A program made the position numbers and the translations under genes. Under the pieces are notes generated by a model. That model made no database searches, was not told where the DNA came from, and was given only the letters and a program-made list of their open reading frames with translations. A DNA stretch of 64,000 nt from Tubulanus polymorphus (Eukaryota; Animalia; Nemertea): contig NC_134026.1 of NCBI RefSeq assembly GCF_964204645.1, forward strand, positions 4,115,950 through 4,179,949, in the 5' to 3' direction. Below, one piece after another: positions 27,507 through 50,100 of this stretch; position 1 is the stretch's first letter; each line of letters opens with the position of its first letter.

Positions 27507-28321
27507 CAGGGGCGGATCCAGGGGGATGGGTAGACAGTATTGGAAGGAAATTTAAGGGCACCTTTCTGATCTTAGGGCACACCCAGTATCCAGGTCAATG
27601 CGAGCGCCGAAGGCGCGAAGTTCTTAGATGCGGTCTGGGGTACCATTTAAAGGCTTTTAGAGGGCTTCTAGAGACTAATTCAGAGCAATTCAGAATAAAC
27701 GAATTCAAGACAAGATTTCAACAGATGCGGATAAAAAATGAAGCTGGCGAACCCATGAAAGAATGGTTGTCGCCAACTTCGCCTAGTGCCCCTATAATCT
27801 TTAAAAGTGCCCCTTAACAATTATACAGAATACGGCTAAGTGCCCCTTCATTGTTAACAATCGGCAAAAAATTGCCTCGTCTTCACATTTATCCTTATGT
27901 CGTGTGCCATCTTCCAAACCAAAAGTGCCCCTAAAATTTTAAAAATTAGGCAAAAAAGTGCCCTTTTCTTCAACATTTTCCGCGTATAGTGCCCTCTTCT
28001 AAAGTACGAGTGCCCCTTTAGCCCTCCCTGAAAAGGCAAGGACAAGGTGCCCTCATCTAAAGTATGAGTGCCCCTTGCAAAAGGAAAGTGCCCTTTTTAA
28101 TTTATCATGATTAAAGGCTTTACAAATATGATTATCTCTCCTCACTTTCTCGGCAGCAGTATATACCGATTAATTTTATAATTATGCCTGGATTACGGAC
28201 ACGGAATTAGCGGTTGCTGAAATAATGCCGTCAAAAATATTGCCGGTGAAATTTCGAAGGGCACTTAAAAATTCTAGACCGTATTGGGCAATACGGCTAA
28301 TACGGTCTGGATCCGCCCCTG
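27507..28321. mobile_element. Non-autonomous DNA transposon (815 bp) with 15-bp TIRs and 5-bp target-site duplication
   Basis: CTGTT|CAGGGGCGGATCCAG ... CTGGATCCGCCCCTG|CTGTT. About ten internal GTGCCC motifs (27786-28093) and three in the opposite orientation (AGGGCAC). Confidence 0.85.
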
Positions 28322-28367
28322 CTGTTATTCATTATTGTTGTGCAAAATCTTTATTTGCAGCACAGTT

Positions 28368-28486
28368 GCTTTTCACAATTTGATGGAGAATGGATGATAC
28401 CAGTATCCCTAAATAAAAAAGAAAGTTTCTTTTTTATATAGGGATACATACGGGTATCATCCATTCTCCATCAAATTGTGACAAGC
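28368..28486. repeat. Near-perfect ~120-bp palindrome (foldback/MITE)
   Basis: TCACAATTTGATGGAGAATGGATGATACC...GGTATCATCCATTCTCCATCAAATTGTGA, with inner arms GTATCCCTAAATAAAAAAGAAA / TTTCTTTTTTATATAGGGATAC. Confidence 0.85.
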
Positions 28487-28620
28487 CCATGTGATTTGCA
28501 GTACCTTCCCAGTCAAATAGAATTTAAGTTATTCGAAATGTCAATTGTTGCTACTATTACGATAAAATGTTTATTCTAGACTATTTCTATTATTTCATTT
28601 GCATCATCAACTGCAGATCA

Positions 28621-31600
28621 ATGGATATTTCACCGGATAAACAACAACAGCATCATGTTAACGATATCAGTACAGCGGGACATGTATCAATCAGCCTGCC
28701 GTTACCACCTGGATTACAGCCAGCCATACCTACCTCGGACCACATGGGTAATGAACCGACGGGGAATGATGTAAATGGAACAGTTATACAACAAGCTCAA
28801 CTACAAATAGATACCGTTAAAGGGTAGGTCCTTTAAAAGTTCAATCTGCTCTGAATCGGATAGATATTCTTGCTCCAATTTTTTGGATACCGGTATGTTC
28901 GAGAACAGAATTAAAGCGTCGCGAATCATAGCATGCTGTGAAATACAGGTCATCTATAGTCAGCGTTCAAATTCAAATGATGGCTTGAATAATGCGAGAG
29001 GAGGCTGCCATGAATTCAAATGATATCTGTTATCTTTGTTTATCTTGAATTTGGCGTGATATGTATAAGTGTAGCGGTATATTTTTTGTAATTGTAGAGT
29101 CATGTGTATGAAAGTTGGTGACACTGTGTATCAAATGCCTCTAGCGATTAACACTGATGGATTGGAACCAGGTAAATGCTTAATCTCTTCCTCTTAAAAT
29201 CTCCTGTACCAGTATGAACAACAAAATTGCCAAGTGATTTGGTCCATTGACTGTTATTGAGTAATATAAAAAACTACGAAGACTTGAAAAAAGATATCAG
29301 CCTGGCAGTAAGTGATTTCATAGCGTATTTCAAAGAGGTGACCATCTTTCATGGAAATGGATCCTTCTGAAGTCTCTCCTGCGTAAATGTTAATGAGCGA
29401 ATATTGATTTTGTTTTAGGGTCTGTGCTGAGTAATATTGACAATGAACTACTGACGTCTCAAATGGCCACTGCGCCACATGAACCGTCAGCGTTAACAAT
29501 AGCGGAAGATGTCAGTTTGGATGGAAGTTCAAGTGAACAAGGAACATTGAAGACAACTTCAGCTGAATCAATGATGAACTACACAAATATCAACGCTGTA
29601 ATAGAACAAACACCCCAAACAGAAACCGTTGTACGTCTTATATCGTCTTTGATTAGAAATATAATTCCTGTTTAGAAATGTAATTGAATGTAGATGCAGC
29701 ATTTTAGAAGTTTATCGTCGTACATTCTCAGTATTTCTCTTCTTTCGGCGTTAAATCTAGAAAAGAAAAGGAGGCTGGCCTAAAGGCAAGAAAAGAAGGA
29801 AAGATATAACAGACCCAAATGCACCTAAAGCTCCAAATACGGGGTTTGTATTTTATTATCGACAAAATGATATACTATTAAGCAGCTCTATACAAGTTGG
29901 AGTTCCATCAGTCGTTTTATGTCATTATTTCATTTAATTATTTGATGAATGTTTCATTAAGGTATGTGCTTTTTGCTCTTGACCGTCGGAAAATAGTATC
30001 GGCTCTAAGACCTGAGTTATCATTTTCTCAAGTAACCAAAATCCTTGGAAGTGAATGGTCATCACTACCGCCCACAGAAAAACAGGTAGACTCTCCTTGT
30101 CTAGGCCAATTTCTGATAGAATGTCCTGATTCACTCGAGATTTCATTGCAGAAATACATCGACCGCGGCGAGGCTGACAAAAAGAAGTATATCAAAGATT
30201 TAGAAATATACCAGAAATCAGAAGCTTACCAAGAGTATTTAAAGAAGAAAAAGCAGAAAAGTATCGCAGGTATATTTTCATATATACGCAGTATTTTATT
30301 TCTAGTTCGTTACAAAATTGATTCATCTCGAAATAAACTATGATATAATATTTTGATTCTGAAGAAGGTGGCGATGCTTCTTATCTGGACTTGGGTGCTC
30401 AGGTAATAATAGACAAAATGGTCTAGGAATTCGCCGTCATTTTACCATTCACTGATTTCACTGAGCTCTCACTTTTCTCAAAAATTGTTTCGCCAGGATT
30501 CGGATCTGCTCTATTGTAAAGTCTGTGATAAACTGTTCAGCTCTCAGCACAATAAAAAAGAGCACATGTTTGGGAAGCAACATCTAAATGCTGTGAAAGG
30601 TAAGCATCATTTCTCTAATTCTCTATTTAGATTTGTTATACCTTTGTTACAATAAAGCACGTGACTACAACATTGATTAAAATCAAAAGCACCATTCCAG
30701 AATTTATTGAAGCCGGTGAAACCAAGTTCCACGTATTTACACGAAAACTTGAAGAGTATTTTATGCATCTTTTAATTAAAGGTGAATTCGAACAAGAGTT
30801 ACATAATCAGGAAACTGTGACCATCAATTCCGATGATAGTCAAGATTCGGATGATGAAGGCGTGAATGTTGGTCGATTCGTAAACAAATTTTTAGCGAAG
30901 AACCTGGGTAATTATTAACATATCATTTATATTTAAAAAAAAAAACTTCAAAATCTTCTTTATTGTCCAGTGTCTTTATATCTGTAGACATTGTTTAAAG
31001 TAACAAATATATGTACATACATTTAGCCCTTGTTTATACAGTTCTGTTTAAAAAGTCAATATTCTTCTTGTTATGATTATTTCCAGATGTCCCTACTAAG
31101 ATGTTTATACCCGGTACATGTAATAATCTGGATTTTGATAATAGGAAACCCATTTAATACAACGATTTTCTCTGTTGCTCACAACATTTGTTTTGACAAG
31201 GTTTCATTGTAGTTGGTTCTAAAAACTTTGTTTTTGGCTTCCTGAATCAAGTTTTCTTCTAATCACTTTGCAGAAAGAGAAATGGAAATTCGACAATTAC
31301 AACGTACGCTCAAAATCGAACGAACAAAACACATTAATCTTTGCAAACAAGTCACCGAAATGCGGGTAGGTGGAATAATTGATAACCAGGGTCCAGTTCC
31401 ACAGTTCCGAGTTAAGATTCAACTCTGAGTTAACTCATTGAAAATGAACTAACTTTAACTCAGAGTTAACTCTAACTCACAACTGTGGAACTGGGTCTAG
31501 GTTTACTAAAGCTACATTAAGTACGAGTTTCTTCGATATACTATTCATGATAAGCTTAAAACCCACTATCTATAAAAAAAACACTATGTTTCAATCTGGT

Positions 31601-32014
31601 GTAATGGTCTCTTGACAGTCTAGAGTCTTAAACATTATGTCTCATGATTTTTATTTTTGATAGATGAAGTTAATTCGCTTTTAATCTTTTAAATATTACC
31701 GGTATATATATTAGGTTTTAAATTTATTATCAAGTTTCCAAGTCAAACTGTGGCTATTCTACTGCTATTGATGAATGTCTTGTTTCCATCTAGATTACTA
31801 TCGATATACCGGTGGGCTACTTCGATCTCAAATCAGAAATTCATCTGCTGGAAAACTATGTTCACTCAGATCGTGTTCGCTTTTTCTTTTGCAGGAACTT
31901 GAAGTAAAATTAGAACAGGAATTGGCCATGATGAAAAACTACTACATTTCGCTCAATGCTCAAATCGACGCGCTGAAAATGGTGCCTACTCTATTCGGCG
32001 TGATAAACTTCTAG
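28621..32014 (+). CDS. HMG20-like (HMG20A/HMG20B-BRAF35 family) HMG-box protein with additional matrin/U1-type C2H2 zinc finger and C-terminal coiled coil (~430 aa)
   Basis: Eleven phase-consistent exons: 28621-28823, 29098-29171, 29419-29630, 29761-29843, 29962-30085, 30152-30269, 30365-30402, 30497-30599, 30782-30907, 31274-31365, 31895-32014. Motifs: KRKGGWPKGKKRRK..DPNAPKAPNTGYVLF..TKILGSEWSSLPPTEKQKY..YQKSEAY (HMG20-type box), YCKVCDKLFSSQHNKKEHMFGKQH (zinc finger), FLAKNLEREMEIRQL (HMG20 coiled-coil start). Confidence 0.88.
31390..31497. mobile_element. PIF/Harbinger-like MITE in HMG20-like intron 10
   Basis: TIRs GGTCCAGTTCCACAGTT / AACTGTGGAACTGGGTC, internal inverted AACTCTGAGTTAA / TTAACTCAGAGTT, and 3-bp flanks CAG/TAG. 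Confidence 0.7.
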
Positions 32015-32388
32015 TATATATAAATATATGTTCTATGAAATTCTGACAATTTATAATGAGTGCTATTTACACAAATGATGTGCCATTCTGTGCAATTTGA
32101 ACCTGTTCAGATTTTTGCATGGTCAATATTCTCAAATTATATCGAATGCTGCATTGTCATCATAATCCTTGGCACGACAAACATTTCTCGCCTGTCTACA
32201 AGACTAGGGTCTGGTATAGTGTTTTCATATCTTGAGTTTACCTACTCAATCTGCACGTTAAATTATTATTAGTATCTCTATGTTTTAGTAGAGCGATATT
32301 ATTAAAAAAGATATCACTGAACCAAGATTGTTTCCGTTGGTGTTTTCTGTGGAGGATGGACTGCTACATTGGACGTGTATTCGGTCGT

Positions 32389-42706
<10,318 letters not shown>

Positions 42707-45700
42707 TCTGTTATCGGACGCACCCAGTTCGTGTCCCACCAGTGCAGCGTCCAAACAGCTACAATGCGCAGATGAGACAAAAACTAGATATATATATATA
42801 TATTCGTAGGAGGAAGTTTGAGCTGAAACCATCCCTTAAAATCTGAATGCGCGTTAATGATTAATTTAACGAGTAATAATCGTTTCCGGATATTTGCATA
42901 TATTACTTCCCGAATGAAAATCATTCGAATATGATGTGTATCTGTACAATGTCGTTCTACCAGTTTGGGCGGGTATGAAGGCAACTGGCGGCAAACCGTA
43001 AACCACCAGTTCTCGCCAGTTGCGGAAATCCCAGTTACATCGGCATCCATTGCGTCGAAACCCTTTTAGAAAAAATCCAAAAGATAAGTTTTTATTCATC
43101 GGTTAAACAAATATATGCGTTCAGATTATGAAAAAACTCATATGACTGAAAATAACAAATATATTCATATTTCAAAGTTGAATATTTAGCACGTGTTATG
43201 TCGTAATGTAGCAATTGAACATAAAGGGTAAACGATTATTCTATAACAAATGCAAAAATGATTGCGTTAGTTCGCGTGACAATGTAGATTTCGATAGGGT
43301 CTTGTTAACCGGCTTTCTAGCTGGGTGATGTTTGTTAATGGTTTCAAATCTCTTGTCATTCGGCTGCTTACTTGTGGCGCGCCTGCCGCACGACTGCCGC
43401 CATTTGTTCTAATAGCTTTATGATATAGTGGCACTATCGTCTAAGTCGCAATAACGGGTCGCGATCGCATCGAAATATCTGCGCAGAAGACATTAATTCA
43501 TTACCCGACAAGAGACGTTACATGGCACAAATAAAGAGCAGATGACCGCTCTTGCGTGACTGAGAAGTGATGTTTTACAACAAACGCATAAAAGCCGCAT
43601 TAGAAGATGGCGATACAGTATAACGTTTATGGATATGATGCATCATGAGTATTTGATTGATAGTCGGCTTGCACGAAAACTCCTCATCGGTGGTGATGTG
43701 GGTACTTCACACTTTCGAAGCTCAGTAATTTGTTCAACATCGCCGTGGCGTTAATTGTTCCGCAACTTCTGTATATTCATATTTCTATCATTTATGTGGA
43801 CTGATCACTCCCCGTAGAGTATGAATATAATTGACTACTTCGTGGAAACTTTTCTTCTTCGTATGATAGTTTTTCCCGATGGCATCTCACGAATGCGAAC
43901 AACTGATAATACGTATGATAAGTACAATCGCTTATCGTATTTTTGGAATCAAAACAAATTTCCGCCCGATTTACAAATCTATGAATCTTTCTTCGAACTA
44001 TAAGTATTCTGCTTAAAATACTGGCTTTCTAAGTTTCTAAGATATTTCGGCCAGAAATCTCTTATTTTGAAAAAAAAGAAAACATGAATAATTCTCCGGG
44101 CTTGTATGCCTACGTGGACTAGCTAAAAGATCATACTCAATGACTTCCGTATATTTATGACGACATGATCGTTGGGTTTTGGTCCAATGATAAATTTACT
44201 CTTCCGTCTAATGGTATTTGATAGCCGGTCGGTGAAAGATGAACTAAATATTGTGATATCGTGATCAAAGTATTTAACCCCGGTTGCACAAAAGTCTCCG
44301 AGAATGATTTGCTAACCTTTTACGGCTCAGATTTATGCCGCAACAATAAAAGCTAAAAACGATTGCTTTCACGATCTAACAGGAATATGTAAAGTTTATT
44401 TCCTTTTCTTGTAAACGAGTGACTTGACAAATCAAAACATAATTGATAAGCCGGTAGCTTCTCGCGTACAATGACTTTTAGCGCGCACACTTCTGTAGCC
44501 TTAGGAGATTTCGTATTACGAGTCCTGATTATGACGGTTTTAATTGATGTATGATGACATGACAAGAAAATCATCATGAGCTTTAAATCAGATACGTTTC
44601 CCGTGGGTTGTAAAAAAAAGTGAGGTAATTCAAAATACGACATCTTTTCGATGAATATTTTATTGTGTGATATTATTCAGAACGAGAAAGACGGATGGTT
44701 AATCGGCAGCAATCCAAACTCTCATCCTCTCCTAACTGTCAACACTTTTTAGAAGGATACAATACGTAATCAGGGTTTGTATGAAATAAATCTTTTCTTA
44801 GCACCCTCAACCCCGCTAAGCGCCACAATATAATTCATGCTCTGGATTTTAAAACCACACCCGCAAGGAAATCATCGAAAAGTAATACATTTGAAAAAAA
44901 AAGTTGTATGAAAAGTTTATAAATGAAAATTACATGAAAATATGATGAGAAATTCTCCTAAATGATCTGAATATTCTGAGAGTGATTTATAATGGCTAGT
45001 GTTTGTAATACAAAATGAATCGGTCGATTAGAAGTCGTGTTTTATACGTAACTGATATCTTTAAGTTAATCGCGAATTATAAGCGCCGGCTTGTAGTAGG
45101 ATTAACCGTTCCAGATGTGATCAGACGATCGTAAATATGTAACAGAATGTAAGGCGATAATTCTGCGATCATTAAGTTCGTTTATCACCTCTCGGACGAT
45201 GCATCTACCCAGTGTGTAGCCGATTAACTTAATGAGCTCGATATCTGTTCAAATTCCCAAATGCCCTTGTCGCCCCGACGTTGAATACACGTGTTCGGCT
45301 TGTAAACGCGCAGAGGTGACCCCGGGCGTTAGTATGAGCTTGAATGAGCGAACTTTATCATTTATCAAAATATCATTTGATTTCATCACTGGGGACAGGT
45401 TCGTCAGATGATTGGTAAAATCGCGTACTCTAAAACGATCATCGTTTTTGAGTCTATATTGAAATAGATTCTGCCGCACAGGACAGTGTTGATATGGGTT
45501 ACACCATCGATGAGCGAACTAGATCTACTAATCCATTTTATCCACGTCCATGGTTACATCTAGGATTAAAATTGTACTCAACTTTTCACTGGTTTGTCTA
45601 GATGGGAGATTCATATTCAAAATTCTTATTTCCCGAGGCGCCTTTTCGTCATTTCTTCGCGCGTTCAATTCGTGAAAATTTATTCGCCGAAAGAAAAAAC

Positions 45701-47186
45701 GTCGATGTCCAATCGGAGGTGAATTTTACAATTAGATTTAAACATTGTTATACTAAACTGTTTTATCACTAAATCGCACCCGTTAAGCGCATCGTATTAG
45801 TGCGATAATTAAATTTCTGACCATCGGTAACAACCTCGATTGGTTAGTCCCCGAAATGGTTGGCAGATGGTGAAAATAGATTGATTTTATTATATAAGAT
45901 GGGCGATACATATCAAACTTGCAACAGCTCCCGAACATAAACGAAATCGTGTCTAAACTGGTAGTTGATCAGTTTATATTATAATAGTCTCACAGTGCTA
46001 TCTCCATTCAATTGTAATTAGAAGCCATATGGCCTCGTTTGACGCGCAATGGCATATGGTATTTCGGCGGACCGGTTTATAGCGTTTAACTTTTCGAATC
46101 GTCACGTCGAATGTGAATATATCAAAATGTCATACGCCTCCGGATAATGAGTTGTTTTAACACAGCATTTTTGAGATCGTTTTTCTTGATAATCAATAAT
46201 TCGGGATGTGCTAATTGGAAGCATTTTCTGATTCGACAATTGAATAAGATAAATCGCATTTTGCATGAATAAACATGATGTCAATCAAACTTGCTTTATT
46301 TCGATATATTCTCCGAATCTAAAAGTGATAAAAAGAGCTAAATTTCATGAAATGATAGGATGAATCGCTGCACTGGCGCCATATGTAAAGTGTAGAAAGT
46401 GAGAATGTCCACTTAAAGTTGCACCGCAAGCACCCTGCTGTGTTAATTTTCACGTCGGCGGAAAAGACCATCGTCTTTGAGCATTAAACACATCATCATA
46501 GGAATAAATAAAACCCTTCATTAATGTTTTCGCCAACGAGACAATTGATCAAAACAGATCATAACGCGCGCAGATGAACTAACGTTTGCTGGAAATTAAT
46601 TCCCAACTACATTTAGTACTACTCTTTAACGGTACCGAGCCCCGCGGCATTTTGGCAGCTTTCTTTTATGCGTTAAACTCATAAATCTACGTATCTGTCA
46701 GTCAACTGCGTCTAACCTATGGTTTACTTCCAATTAAATGAGCCCATTTTCTTTACCTGACCATCATTATTGCCGTTTGACAAAAAGCCCATCACGAAAT
46801 TGGGTGCATAATTGCCGATAAATAGTGATCAAGTTTACTACTGCTGCGTATGGCGCTCTTTCACATGTCGTCCTGAATTCGGTTTGATTACTTCAGGGAG
46901 GAGCTAATTACGGTCAGGCAAATGGCGCTCAATTCCGTAGTTTGCCGAAATGTTCCGATGGCGGTGGCTAACCAATGATAAACGCCGTAGCGCGCTCGGA
47001 GAACCAGATAATGCCCAATTTAACGTTTTGTTTTAACTCTTGGCGTTTCATACATCAACAATTATTCACCGGTGATATCACGAGCAGAGTCGTCTGATAT
47101 AAAAGTTGCTAAAGAAAATCATCGCAACTATATACGGTAGCGCTTGTTTTGAACGTTTGTTTAATATCATCCGCAAGATCTTAATC

Positions 47187-50100
47187 ATGCGTCCAGAATC
47201 GCCTGACGAGGATATAGATCTAACCGGGTCCGATGACAGCAATTGCGCGCAAGAAACAAACAAACAATTGAATACTGTCGAATCGAAAGGAAACAATATG
47301 GAATCTAAATTAAGTTTTGGAATAAGTAGGATCTTATCAAATGATAACTGTGATAAAACTGATACGGAAACCTCGTTGTCCACGTCGCCGCATATTCGAC
47401 CATCGTCACCATCTCCAAAAACATCTTACACTACAGGATTCGCACACCCGATGCAAAACATGACGACAGCGATACCCGGACAATATCTAACCCCTTTCGG
47501 TAGTTTAGGGTCTCCACCATCGGCGGGACTGCCGTACTCGTTTGGTTTGGGTGGACTTTTGCGCGTCCCGGCTCATAGACCTACGCCGGTTGGCCCTATG
47601 TATTCCCAAAGCATGATGTTCCCATGGATGGAAAATCGACGAGACAGATTAACCAGTAAGTTTTATAAATCTAGAAAAAATTATTCAGAAATAATGTATG
47701 TAGGCTCACAAGATATCATGCTGTATTTTACTCTCGTACGCAGGATTTCGGCCAATATCTGTTTTGGAGATATAGATGAATATCGTTTAAAAGTTAAAAT
47801 TAATAATTGACGTTAAAGAATAAAACTGAATGTTTAAGGTACCTCCACTATTGATCTAAATAATGGTATACAAGATCTTAACTTGCTGGTTTCTGATTTA
47901 TGTTTCAAGACGTGTCTATCGTGCCTTTCGGAAGGTGTGATTTTCTTCTGTGTTAATTGTTTGGGTGGGACGCAGTTTTTCACATTTGAGACGACGATGT
48001 TGAGGTCTTTTGCCTCGTGTCTTTTGAAGTGTCGGAAATATTTTTCGTGTCGAATACAATGACCATTTTTCGCATAATAGCAGATGCATTGATGTGTGAG
48101 CGGAATAGTTTATCGAAGTCAAAGCAGTAAAATTCCTATTCAATGGCCAATAAAAATGATACCATTATACCATCTTCTTTATAATTCTCGCTTTTACAAA
48201 TCCACGTGGACCTCAGTGACTCAGCTTAAAAAGCACCTTTTTTCATGGCGCAATTCATAGTTTTCATAAATTCTGTTTTATTCTGCACTGGGGCCTGATT
48301 GTGGCTGCTGAAGATTGCCACCGAAAACCGACGCTTCTTTACGCTGGACTACGCGTCATGTTTCTGACATCCAAATATTGCAAAATCACGGAGCCGCATC
48401 GGATCAGAGGGAACGTGTGTATTTACTTCATCGTACTTTCGAAATAAGATAAATTGTAGTCGATTTTGGGGGATAAATGTTAGAAATAAGAAGCCCTCTA
48501 GACGAATTATAGGGTAACGTGCGTTGAGGTGTTTAGAATCATCACCACGTGCGCACACACACGCTTACGTTCATTAGCGTTATCGCAATAACAGATACTT
48601 CAGTTGCGTGTTAAGTGACTGAGTTAATTGGCCACGCTTTTCTTTAAATACCTGTATCATAACTGATGCGTTTAGTACTTGTAATAAATACAGGATAAAC
48701 CGCTAAACAGATACAGCCACCCGCACGCGCACGCATGTCACAATAGCGCCGTGATTACCATTTCTTTTCAAACAGAAACGTGCGTACTCGAAATTATAAA
48801 ACGTTTCATTATCTTGACGAGGTAAAACTTCGCAATCTGCAGTCGTCGCCATTAATATCCCCAACATGGGTAGCCACAGCAATTCGAGATTTTTGATTGA
48901 TAATATCTTTACGATGTTCTTTAATACGAACACTGAGGGAGCGACCTATTTCGCCTAAATAAAGTTTATGACAGGTTTGATTTTGATAATTCTTATGTAT
49001 TTTTTCCATCTAACAGTTTTACCCGAGGCCACATAGTTGAGTCGGCCTTGATAATTTCACACTTCAATTCCTGTGTCAGTGGCAACCTTGGTTTCTCTCC
49101 CCATAATAAACTTTTGTCCCATTTCGTCTCCTCTCTGGTCTATGTCACCTCTGTGCAGTGTGCATCTTTCGTTTTGCTTTATAAACTGTGATATATTGTA
49201 TTCCGGGTCATTACTTGACAATGGTTTCTAGCGGAATACCGAAAATTCGGATTTCTTATAATTAATCTTAACGTTTCGATAAACTAATTATTCAGCTTCG
49301 TGATTGTTGGACTTATATTTTCGTTTCATTATCTAGTTCGATTTTTGAAAGCGATTGACTGCTTGCTATTTCATGTTTATTAGTATGTTCACGATGTTCG
49401 TTCCCATCAAAACCTATACCACTGGTTTCGTAACAAAGCAGAAAGATACTACATGCGCGTACAATTTCGAAGGGTAGTGAACAGAGTTCGATATCAACAT
49501 AAGAACTTAAGGAACATTGTCTTCAGAAAAAAATTCCGTTGGATCTTCATTCTTTAGTTCACTTGTATTTCCCCCAATGACGCGTACACCACTTTCATTC
49601 ATCCTAATATAGTCTACAAGAACAACTTCATGAGATTGTAACTTTGGTTATTCTATGCGGTTAAAGGCTGTGCTTTTGGCAACGTAGACGGGCAGTATAT
49701 CTTTAAGAAATCGAAAGTTTCATTTTCAATTTCTTCCATCCGGGCATCCAACGATCTGAAAGATATACACGTTTTTACCACTGATTTCTGGCCTAGTGAA
49801 ATCAAAGATTTCTCATTTCTGTTTCTACAATTCGAGTACGTTTAGGGTTTTGGCTTCATCGTCCTTCCTTATATCAGACGATATGTTATTGTTTGACTCA
49901 CTGTGCGCGGTATGACGTATAGAGCATGGCGGAGGATCCGGTGTAATTAACGGGGCAATTAATTCCGTAGTACTGCTTAATCGGATAAGGAGTCTCTTGA
50001 TTACCGAGTAGAAATCGTCAATGACTCGCTAAATCACCAATATTGTACACAGTCACCCACACGAGATTCAACAAAATTACGTGTGAATGCTTGAATGGCG

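Noticed and set aside
27786-28093. Repeated GTGCCC motifs with variable spacers resembling a CRISPR-like array
   Set aside because: The repeats are only 6-10 bp and irregularly spaced, lie inside a TIR/TSD-bounded transposon in a eukaryotic genome, and no cas genes are present.
47106-47810. 234-aa ORF taken as the full Tlx N-terminus
   Set aside because: It starts at a non-ATG codon and reads through the donor at 47655/47656. The supported exon is 47187-47655.
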